From: an uncultured bacterium
GTDB lineage: Bacteria; Fidelibacterota; Marinisomatia; Marinisomatales; TCS56
Length of the DNA stretch: 64,000 nt
Assembly: GCA_964410945.1 (NCBI GenBank)
Contig: CAYPJE010000007.1
Location: 28,733 to 92,732 of the forward strand
Direction of reading: 5' to 3'
The position numbers and the translations under genes are program-made. The stretch's first letter is position 1, and every line of letters begins with the position of its first letter. Positions 8,838-16,511 of this stretch are shown one piece after another. The notes beneath the pieces were generated by a model that saw only the letters and a program-made list of their open reading frames with translations, did no database searches and was not told where the DNA came from.

Positions 8838-11119
8838 AAGTGATCGGAAAACCAACCGCCCGTGTGGACGGACCGGCCTTGTCGCGGGGTAAGCCTGTTT
8901 TTGCCGATGATATGTACCTGCCGGGAACACTGTACCTGAAAATTCTGCACAGCCCGGTAGCTCATGCCCGGATCAAATCAATCGATGCCGGCCGGGCCCT
9001 GGCACGTCATGGTGTGGTGGCGGTTTACACTCATGAGGATTTTCCGGTCCATTATTATACTACCGCCGGGCAAGGTTATCCTGAGCCGGGCCCCCGGGAT
9101 TACCGGATACTGGACGATACCGTTCGTTATGTGGGTGACCGGGTGGCGCTGATAGCAGCCGAATCACTGGAGCTTGCCGAGGCCGCTCTTAATGAAATTG
9201 AAGTGGAATACGAGGAATTACCATCCCTCCTGGATGCAGGTAAAGCGCGTTCCTCCGAAATTGTTATCCATCCGGAACAGGGGAAGACCGGAATCCATGA
9301 CGTTGAAAAAAACATAGCCGCCCATATCGAAGCGGAAGTTGGTGATGTAGAAAAGGCTTTCGAGGAATTGCCCCACGTTTTCCATGGGGAATACAGCACA
9401 CCGTTTGTCCAGCAGGCCCATATCGAACCCCATATCAGTCTGAGCTGGCTGGATGATGACGGCCGGATCGTGATCCGTACCGCTACCCAGGTGCCTTTTC
9501 ATGTCCGGCGGATCGTGGCTGAAGTGCTGGATATCCCGGTCCGGAAGATTCGGGTCATTAAACCGCGGATCGGTGGCGGCTTCGGCGGTAAACAGGAAAT
9601 ATTGAATGAAGAACTGGTGGCGGCGGTGACGCTGAAAACCGGTCGTCCGGCCCGGATCGAATATACCCGGGAAGAAGAATTTTATGCCGCCCGGACCCGC
9701 CATCCCCAGATCACCAAATTCAGGATCGGGGTGGATAATGAGTGTCGGGTCCAGGCCATCGACCTGGATATTCTGGAGAATACGGGTGCTTATGGCGCCC
9801 ATTCACTCACTGTGATGTCAGTGACGGCCCAGAAAGCATTATCGCTTTATCGGGCGCCCAACCTGCGGGTTTACGGTGATGCGGTTTATACCAACCTGCC
9901 GATCGCCGGGGCTTATCGCGGCTACGGCGCACCCCAGGGATTTTTCGGTTTGGAATCACTAATGGATGAAATTGCTGCTGAATTGGGGATCGATCCGGTG
10001 GAATTCCGGCATAAGAACTATGTGCAGGTGGATGATGATTTGCCCATCGCCGCCATCCTGGGCGAAGGCCGGGAGGGCTTCCCGGCCAAGGTGCGCTCCA
10101 CGGGAATGAAAGACTGCCTGGAGGAAGGCAGAACACTGATCGACTGGGAAGGCATTCGCAGTACTCCCAGGACGGGTGTGATCCGCCGTGGTGTCGGTGT
10201 GGCTGTGGTGGGACAGGGCTCCGGTATTCCCGGCATTGACATGGGATCAGTATTTATCAAGATGAATGAAGACGCCAGCTTTAACCTGTTGGTGGGTGCC
10301 ACCGATCTGGGAACTGGTTCCGATACGGTCCTGGCCCAGATCGCCGCCGAGGAAATCGGCGTGCCGGTAGAGCAGATCCTGGTCTATTCCAGTGACACGG
10401 ACCGTACACCGTTCGACACCGGCGCCTATGCTTCCAGCACGACCTACATCAGCGGTAACGCTGTAAAAAAGGCTGCCGCTGATGTGAAACGCCAAATCCT
10501 TGAACTGGGTAAAAAATTGTTGGGCGCCGGTGAGGCGGAAATTCGAGACCAGCAAGTTGTAGCCGCCGATGGAAGCAGTATTTCGTTCAAGGATATTTGC
10601 ATCAAAACTTTCTATACCGAAGAGCAGACCCAGATCATGTCCACGGCCAGTCATATGAGTTTCGATTCGCCTTCACCGTATAATGCCACTTTCGCCGATG
10701 TTTCTGTGGATACGGAAACCGGCCTGGTAACGGTGAACAAGGTTGTATCGGTGACCGATATCGGACAGGTAATCAATCCCCAGATGGCGGAAGGCCAGAC
10801 CGAAGGGGGGATACCCCAGGCCCTTGGTATGGCCCTGACCGAATTTATGGTCTTTGATGACCGGGGCCGGCCGATGAATACTGATTTCAATGATTATCAT
10901 ATTTACACTGCCATCGATATGCCGGAAATTGTGACCAGGTTTGTCCATACCAGCGAACCCACCGGCCCGTTTGGCGCCAAGGCGGCGGCGGAGATACCGA
11001 TTAACGGTCCCGCTCCGGCGGTGGTGAATGCGATCCATAATGCCTGCGGAGTGCGCATCAGGGAGCTGCCGGTAACGCCGGGGAAAATCCTTAACGGATT
11101 GGTGAGTAGTGAGAAGTAG
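8834..11119 (+). CDS. molybdopterin-binding large subunit of xanthine dehydrogenase-family hydroxylase
   Basis: MKVIGKPTARVDGPALSRGKPVFADD N-terminus, GGGFGGK, and GAYRGYGAPQG motifs. I chose the ATG at 8834 (ATGA coupling) over the listed 8792 extension. Length 761 aa. Confidence 0.9.
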   Translation: MKVIGKPTARVDGPALSRGKPVFADDMYLPGTLYLKILHSPVAHARIKSIDAGRALARHGVVAVYTHEDFPVHYYTTAGQGYPEPGPRDYRILDDTVRYVGDRVALIAAESLELAEAALNEIEVEYEELPSLLDAGKARSSEIVIHPEQGKTGIHDVEKNIAAHIEAEVGDVEKAFEELPHVFHGEYSTPFVQQAHIEPHISLSWLDDDGRIVIRTATQVPFHVRRIVAEVLDIPVRKIRVIKPRIGGGFGGKQEILNEELVAAVTLKTGRPARIEYTREEEFYAARTRHPQITKFRIGVDNECRVQAIDLDILENTGAYGAHSLTVMSVTAQKALSLYRAPNLRVYGDAVYTNLPIAGAYRGYGAPQGFFGLESLMDEIAAELGIDPVEFRHKNYVQVDDDLPIAAILGEGREGFPAKVRSTGMKDCLEEGRTLIDWEGIRSTPRTGVIRRGVGVAVVGQGSGIPGIDMGSVFIKMNEDASFNLLVGATDLGTGSDTVLAQIAAEEIGVPVEQILVYSSDTDRTPFDTGAYASSTTYISGNAVKKAAADVKRQILELGKKLLGAGEAEIRDQQVVAADGSSISFKDICIKTFYTEEQTQIMSTASHMSFDSPSPYNATFADVSVDTETGLVTVNKVVSVTDIGQVINPQMAEGQTEGGIPQALGMALTEFMVFDDRGRPMNTDFNDYHIYTAIDMPEIVTRFVHTSEPTGPFGAKAAAEIPINGPAPAVVNAIHNACGVRIRELPVTPGKILNGLVSSEK

Positions 11120-11176
11120 TTGGTGAGAAGTCAGCCGGCGGCTGACGGTGAGCCTTATTAATTCCTATCTTGATCT

Positions 11177-11247
11177 GTAGGGACAACACAGTGTGTTGTC
11201 CGAAATATGGAAAATAAAACCCGGACAAGTCGCTGACTTGTCCCTAC
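11177..11247. repeat. REPIN-like inverted REP doublet, copy 1
   Basis: GTAGGGACAA-cacagtgtg-TTGTCCG, a 18-nt A-rich linker, then CCGGACAA-gtcgctgac-TTGTCCCTAC. On the minus strand the right arm reads GTAGGGACAAGTCAGCGACTTGTCCGG. Confidence 0.8.
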
Positions 11248-11401
11248 GAATTGCCGGTGGTATGATTTAAAAATGACGGATGGAATGTGTAGGCCTGCAA
11301 TGGGCAAACCTTTAAGTAGTGCTAACTCAGGTTGGAATTAGTAATTAGTGAGAAGTCAGCCGGCGGCTGGCGGTGAGCTATATTAATTCCTATCTTGAAC
11401 T

Positions 11402-11470
11402 GTAGGGACAACACAGTGTGTTGTCCGAAAAAAGGAAAAACCCCCGGACAAGTCGCTGACCTGTCCCTGC
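11402..11470. repeat. REPIN-like inverted REP doublet, copy 2 (slightly decayed)
   Basis: Same architecture as copy 1. The right arm carries substitutions (gacCtgtccctGc). Confidence 0.75.
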
Positions 11471-11677
11471 GAATTGCTGGTGGTAACATATTAAAAGGCA
11501 AATGGAATTTATTGTGCCTGTAATGGCAAATCTGAAATTAGTGGCAACACAGGATTTAATCTTTTGCAAATTAGTAGGCTATCAGCCTTCGGCTGGCGGT
11601 GAGAATGATGTGTGTGGGTGACAATTCGGTAATTCATTATACCAACATGGCTGTTTACTTTTATCCATACCGGGTTT

Positions 11678-11748
11678 GTAGGGACAACACAGTGTGTTGT
11701 CCGTGAAATGTATAAAACACCCCGGACAAGTCACTGACTTGTCCCTAC
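11678..11748. repeat. REPIN-like inverted REP doublet, copy 3
   Basis: GTAGGGACAACACAGTGTGTTGTCCG ... CCGGACAAGTCACTGACTTGTCCCTAC, followed by the same GAATTGCCGGTGGTATGATTTAAAAATGACGGATGGAAT tail as copy 1. Confidence 0.8.
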
Positions 11749-11830
11749 GAATTGCCGGTGGTATGATTTAAAAATGACGGATGGAATTGCCGTGTGGGTT
11801 AGGGGATTGGCAGGTCGAAGGGGCCGGCTT

Positions 11831-12226
11831 GTCCGTACCATCTGTGTGTAATGCCCGTTCCACAGCGATTGACCGTCCGTTCCGGGGGGTGGGAACGGGC
11901 ATTCCGATGGTACAGACCGCGTGTTCTCAGGGATGAGAACGTGCATTCCAATGCCACAGACCGTGTGTTCCCGGGGGCTCGACCGCACGTTCCGGGGGTA
12001 TAGACTACACGGTCGATAGCATGCGAATGCATGCTCGGACCGACCCGAGCGTATGTTCTGCCCCCTCCAAGTGTGTACTAGTGACCACCCGAGTGTGTGC
12101 TCTGACCATTCCGAGTGCATGCTCAAGACCATCCGAGTGCACACTCGGCACCCATCGATCGCCCACCCGAACCCCTGCGAGTACACATACGCGTGCCAAT
12201 ATAGTGCCAGGCACATCCGATCGATT
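11831..12226. repeat. GC-rich array of 18 consecutive degenerate 22-bp units (array A)
   Basis: The stretch parses without any indel into 22-mers. Examples: gggcattccgatggtacagacc / gcgtgttctcagggatgagaac / gtgcattccaatgccacagacc / gtgtgttcccgggggctcgacc ... gtgtactagtgaccacccgagt / gtgtgctctgaccattccgagt / gcatgctcaagaccatccgagt. 15 of 18 units start with G plus an alternating purine-pyrimidine run. Confidence 0.85.
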
Positions 12227-12246
12227 ATCTATTTAATTCCAGATTT

Positions 12247-12317
12247 GTAGGGACAACACAGTGTGTTGTCCGAAATATGGAAAATAAAACCCGGACAAAT
12301 CACTGACTTGTCCCTAC
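12247..12317. repeat. REPIN-like inverted REP doublet, copy 4
   Basis: The core differs from copy 1 at only 2 positions (ggacaaAtcActgac). It is preceded by TTAATTCC, as are copies 1 and 2. Confidence 0.8.
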
Positions 12318-12429
12318 GAATTGCTTTGATAAATCAGTGGATTATTTCAATCCTCTATTACATAGCCAATGGATTTATCCGTGGGTTTACAGAATTGGTG
12401 CTGAAAGAACCGTTACAACGGTTTAAATA

Positions 12430-12930
12430 TTATTGATTCCGGTTCACAGGCCGTCTGATCAGGCTCATCAATACCAGTCCGATGGCGCCGGTCATTATCA
12501 AAACATCGGCCACGTTGAAAATTCCTGTCCGCAGGGGACCGATCCCCATGTTCATAAAATCGATTACCCGACCGTCGTTGAACAGACGGTCGATCATATT
12601 GCTGATCCCGCCGCCGATCAGCAGGGCCATCATCAGTGATTCGAACCGGGTCAGCTTAGTGCTGAAAATCGTGAAGGCCAGCATCCCCAGAAGAGCGATG
12701 GTAGGAAATATCCGCATCAGCCAGAATTTGATACCCTCCGGCAGTTCCGACCCCAGGCTCAGGAAACCACCGGTATTCTCGGCGTAGTGGAAACGGAAGG
12801 TATCAAAGAAATAAGAGTGGGAGGAATAACCGCGCAGATTATCCCGGGCCACCACTTTCGTTACCTGGTCACAGCCAACACAGACCAGCAGAATAATCAA
12901 TATCACCAATACTCTTCTGTATCTAATCAT
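12430..12930 (-). CDS. lspA: lipoprotein signal peptidase (signal peptidase II)
   Basis: The DQVTK, YAENTGGFLSLG and FNVADVLIMTGA blocks are LspA signatures, with four hydrophobic segments. Start set at MIRYRRVLVILI (12930) rather than the listed 13053 extension. Confidence 0.85.
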   Translation of the reverse strand: MIRYRRVLVILIILLVCVGCDQVTKVVARDNLRGYSSHSYFFDTFRFHYAENTGGFLSLGSELPEGIKFWLMRIFPTIALLGMLAFTIFSTKLTRFESLMMALLIGGGISNMIDRLFNDGRVIDFMNMGIGPLRTGIFNVADVLIMTGAIGLVLMSLIRRPVNRNQ

Positions 12931-12934
12931 CTGG

Positions 12935-13318
12935 CTAACCCGTACCTGACAACCAGTTCTCGGCAGCTTCAAGCGATCGAAATACATGAAAATTAAATAT
13001 AAGGTTTTCGGCTGTTCCCATCTCAAACATCCTGCTAATTCCAAAATCAACATCTTTTTCCACTACCCAGGCAGCCCGGCCTGGGCCACGAATTTTTTCG
13101 TATTTGGCAGTCATTTTTCCAATATCTTCTAAGCCCTTTTGATCCAGTCCGGATAGTGAGCATTGTCGACAATCCCAGATAATATCGATTCCCGGTTTCC
13201 ACATGTCCCAGTCCAGCATTTCCTGATAGCAGGATTCGAGGCTATCCAGATTGAATTTCTCGTAAAGACTGATCGTCAGATAATCTTTGAAAGAATTAAA
13301 ATGTATCTCATATTTCAT
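12935..13318 (-). CDS. hypothetical protein (about 127 aa, no motif I can name)
   Basis: ORF directly upstream of lspA on the same strand with a 4-nt gap. Start set at MKYEIHF (13318). The listed N-terminal extension lacks coding character. Confidence 0.5.
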   Translation of the reverse strand: MKYEIHFNSFKDYLTISLYEKFNLDSLESCYQEMLDWDMWKPGIDIIWDCRQCSLSGLDQKGLEDIGKMTAKYEKIRGPGRAAWVVEKDVDFGISRMFEMGTAENLIFNFHVFRSLEAAENWLSGTG

Positions 13319-13553
13319 TGAAATTTGTCTCAGGCCGTTTAGTATTGACTCAATTCCACAGTGATGTGCATTTCCAACGTATGGTAGATTATACTGACTT
13401 AAACCAAACTCCAAATGATTTTATTCTGATGGCGGGTACAATGAAACCGTTCAGACAAATATATTCTCCTCTTAAAATATCAATCCACATAGTTAAATTA
13501 TCTCTGTCAGGGATAAGATTATTAAGTGTTTAAAGATAATTAAGAGACGAATA

Positions 13554-16511
13554 ATGGCTAGAAGAATTTCTGTTTGGTGTGCTTTACTTTCACTCCTGTC
13601 CGCCCAAATAAATCCAGTGGAAGGAATCCGCTCAAATCCACCACGAATATGGGCACTGACCAACGCTACTGTAGTCACTGAGCCAGGAAAGATACTGGAA
13701 GATGCCAGCATCCTGATCAGAGATGGCCTGATCGAGTCGGTTGGAAGGGATATTGCCTTACCACCGGATGCGACGATACTCGATTATTCCGGCAATACGG
13801 TTTATCCCGGTTTTATTGACAGCTGGCTTCCGGTAGACCAGTCTGAGAACGGTGGTGCGTCCTCCAGGGCGCATTGGAATTCTTTTGTACGTGCCGATAT
13901 GGTGACCAGCCGGTTATATAAACCGGATAATGAGCATTTGAAATCTTTGCATGGATTGGGATTTACAGCGGCTCAGGTAGTTGGTGAAAAAGGCATTTTC
14001 CGTGGATTTGGCGGGGTGGTGCTGTTGACCAACCAGGCAACAACGCTTGTGGATCAATCAGCCCAGGTTGTTTCTATTGAATTTGGTCGCTACCAATCAA
14101 CCGATTATCCTAAATCCGAGTTTGGTTCCATCGCACTGATCCGCCAGACTTTACTTGATGCCGACTGGTACCGGGCCGCTAATACCATTTATGAAAAATA
14201 TCCCAATCTGAATGAACCGGTCCCCGTCAATAATGCCTTGGAAGCGATTGGATCGGCACGGAACAGGCGACTACCCTTTATTTTCATCCCGAAAGAGGAG
14301 CAAGGTCTGCTGCAGGCCGGTAAAATCGCCGCAGAATTCAACTTGCCGTTCTACGTAAGGGGAACTGGTTATGAGTACCGGAGAGCGCGGGAAATAGCAT
14401 TGACCAATCCATTTCTGATCCTCGATCTGAAATTTCCGGAAGCCCCGGCGATTAGTGATCGGCTTGGCGCCAGGGAAATTACCACGGAACAACTCAAGCA
14501 CTGGAAACTGGGCCCGGACAACGTAAAGCGGATGCTGGAAAATGAGGTGTCAGTGGCTCTGACCTGCGATGGCTTGAAGGATCAGCAATTCCGGATCAAC
14601 CTGGCCAGGGCTGTAAAGCAGGGTTTGGATAAAACCGCGGCCCTGGCAGCCATGACCACCATCCCGGCTGAGAAGTTAGGCATTGGTAACAGCATTGGTA
14701 AAATAGCTCCTGGTTTGGTTGCTAATCTGACTGTAGTTGCTGGCGATTATTTCAATCCTGATGATCCGTTGCATGCCGTTTGGATCGGTGGCGATGAATA
14801 CACACTCGAAGATAAAAATATTAAAGATATCTCAGGTGCATGGAAAGTAATATTAGATGATAAAAACTATGACTTAAAGTTATTATTTAAAGGTGGTAAA
14901 TGGTCAGGATCAATCGAAAGTGACAGTATTACAGTCCCGCTTAAACAGTTGGTCCATAACAACCGGATGATCAAATTTGTTGCTTCCACAAATGAATTGG
15001 GATGGGCAGGTATTACCCGTTTCAGCGGCCGGATCAGGGATGGAGAGCTGCTTCTGACGGCGACTTTACCAGCCGGGGACAAGACTGCCATGGTGGCCAC
15101 AGCTGTGTCATCCCCGGAACCGGATAAGCCGGAACCGGATAAGGAAATATCAAAGGTCTTTGCGAGTTTTCCGGAGGGTGCTTTTGGATTCGAGGAATTA
15201 CCCGTACCGGAACCGGTTATATTGGTCAATGACGCCACTATCTGGACCTGCGGCCGACAGGGTATCCTCAAGGGCTGGGATATGCTGGTGGTAAATGGAA
15301 AGATAGACCGGATCGCCCAGGATATAGCTTACCCGTCCGGTGGGGCATTGGTAGTTGACGCCGGAGGAAAACATGTTACTCCGGGGATAATCGACAGCCA
15401 TAGTCATACTGCCACCCGTTCCGTTAATGAAGGCACCCACAGCAATACGGCCGAAGTTCGGATTGCTGATGTACTGGATGCCGATGATATCAATATCTAC
15501 CGCCAGTTGGCAGGCGGGGTAACTGCAATCCATGTTCTGCATGGATCGGCTAATACAATTGGTGGGCAGAATGCCGTCATCAAAATGCGGTGGGGGAGTG
15601 TAGCTGACGATCTGCTGTTGAAAGGAGCACCACCGGGACTGAAATTCGCCCTCGGTGAAAATGTTAAACAATCAGGTTGGGGGGATCGGTTTGTGACCCG
15701 GTACCCGCAAACCAGGATGGGCGTGGAGCAGTACCTGCGGGATAATTTTGAGGCCGCCCGGGATTATCGGGCCGAGTTCAAGCGCTTTGAGCGTAATTCC
15801 CGCCTGAGAAAGACTAAGATTCCACCGCGGATCGATCTGTCAATGGAGGCAGTTGCTGAAGTTCTGGAGGACAAACGGCTCATGCATTGCCATGCCTATC
15901 GGCAGGATGAAATGCTGATGTTATTAAGACTGGCCGAGGAATTTGATTTCACAATGGATATGTTTCATCACGGACTGGAAGGCTACAAAATTGCCGATGA
16001 AATGGCAAAGCATGGAGCTGGGGTAGCGACTTTCACTGACTGGTGGGCTTATAAATTTGAAGTTTACGAAGCAATTCCCTATGCCGCCGGTCTCATGCAC
16101 GAAATTGGCGTAAGTGTTTCATTAAAATCCGACAGTGATGAATTGGCGCGGCATCTGAATACCGAAGCCGCCAAGGTGGTAAAATACAGTGGGATATCCG
16201 AGGAGGAGGCGTTTAAAATGATAACGATCAACTCCGCCCGTCAGCTTGGGATTGACCGCCATGTTGGTTCCCTGGAACCAGGTAAGGATGCTGATTTTGT
16301 GATCTGGAATACCAATCCTTTATCAACCAGTGCCGTGTGCCAGGAAACCTGGATTGATGGTGCCTTATACTTTTCCGTTGAACGCGACCGGGAATTGCGG
16401 GCAGCAGAGGCTGTTCTGCGGAATGACCTCATACAGAAGATTCTACTGGAACAGAACGGTGGTATCGGTAAGGAGAACGATGGATCCAAAGGGGCAGGAG
16501 GTGCATTATGA
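13554..16511 (+). CDS. secreted two-module amidohydrolase-family protein
   Basis: Signal peptide MARRISVWCALLSLLSAQ. The C-terminal module has the canonical VTPGIIDSHSHTA metal site plus EPGKDADFVIW. The N-terminal module has the same fold signature but reads VYPGFIDSWLP, with no HxH. Confidence 0.8.
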   Translation: MARRISVWCALLSLLSAQINPVEGIRSNPPRIWALTNATVVTEPGKILEDASILIRDGLIESVGRDIALPPDATILDYSGNTVYPGFIDSWLPVDQSENGGASSRAHWNSFVRADMVTSRLYKPDNEHLKSLHGLGFTAAQVVGEKGIFRGFGGVVLLTNQATTLVDQSAQVVSIEFGRYQSTDYPKSEFGSIALIRQTLLDADWYRAANTIYEKYPNLNEPVPVNNALEAIGSARNRRLPFIFIPKEEQGLLQAGKIAAEFNLPFYVRGTGYEYRRAREIALTNPFLILDLKFPEAPAISDRLGAREITTEQLKHWKLGPDNVKRMLENEVSVALTCDGLKDQQFRINLARAVKQGLDKTAALAAMTTIPAEKLGIGNSIGKIAPGLVANLTVVAGDYFNPDDPLHAVWIGGDEYTLEDKNIKDISGAWKVILDDKNYDLKLLFKGGKWSGSIESDSITVPLKQLVHNNRMIKFVASTNELGWAGITRFSGRIRDGELLLTATLPAGDKTAMVATAVSSPEPDKPEPDKEISKVFASFPEGAFGFEELPVPEPVILVNDATIWTCGRQGILKGWDMLVVNGKIDRIAQDIAYPSGGALVVDAGGKHVTPGIIDSHSHTATRSVNEGTHSNTAEVRIADVLDADDINIYRQLAGGVTAIHVLHGSANTIGGQNAVIKMRWGSVADDLLLKGAPPGLKFALGENVKQSGWGDRFVTRYPQTRMGVEQYLRDNFEAARDYRAEFKRFERNSRLRKTKIPPRIDLSMEAVAEVLEDKRLMHCHAYRQDEMLMLLRLAEEFDFTMDMFHHGLEGYKIADEMAKHGAGVATFTDWWAYKFEVYEAIPYAAGLMHEIGVSVSLKSDSDELARHLNTEAAKVVKYSGISEEEAFKMITINSARQLGIDRHVGSLEPGKDADFVIWNTNPLSTSAVCQETWIDGALYFSVERDRELRAAEAVLRNDLIQKILLEQNGGIGKENDGSKGAGGAL

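Larger units (their letters stand above)
11104..11787. repeat. three tandem higher-order units (225, 225-276 bp)
   Basis: Each unit is a GC hairpin, then TTAATTCCTATCTTGA, then a REPIN core, then a GAATTGCCGGTGG..AAATGACGGATGGAAT tail. The hairpin gtcagcc-ggc-ggctgac lies at 11130-11146, recurs at 11355-11371, and recurs in degenerate form (cagcc-ttcg-ggctg) near 11582. REPIN cores lie at 11177, 11402 and 11678. Unit 1 starts inside the last codons of the Mo-subunit gene. Confidence 0.75.

Noticed and set aside
9218-10654. Several 90-194-aa minus-strand ORFs within the Mo-subunit gene. Similar antisense ORFs occur in ygfK, GH9 (56328-56942), GH20 (59754-60353), anmK (54433-55062) and the GT2 gene.
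   Set aside because: All are shadow ORFs opposite long, motif-supported genes in GC-richer regions.
11731-12250. Five overlapping ORFs (161, 77, 69, 71 and 65 aa) on both strands across the GC-rich block
   Set aside because: They lie in several frames and on both strands over a 22-bp periodic repeat. The 22-bp period is incompatible with a coding repeat. The open frames are explained by GC-rich, stop-poor composition, and the peptides are low-complexity with no motif.
11177-12317. Possible CRISPR array, given the repeated about 27-nt palindromic sequence
   Set aside because: The repeats occur as inverted doublets with irregular spacing (225, 276 and 569 bp). The 'spacers' are themselves repeated. 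No cas genes are present. The architecture is REPIN/BIME-like, not CRISPR.
12931-13414. N-terminal extensions of lspA (to 13053) and of the upstream hypothetical gene (to 13414)
   Set aside because: The extensions overlap the neighbouring gene or promoter region and lack a family-typical sequence. The internal Met starts give standard protein lengths.
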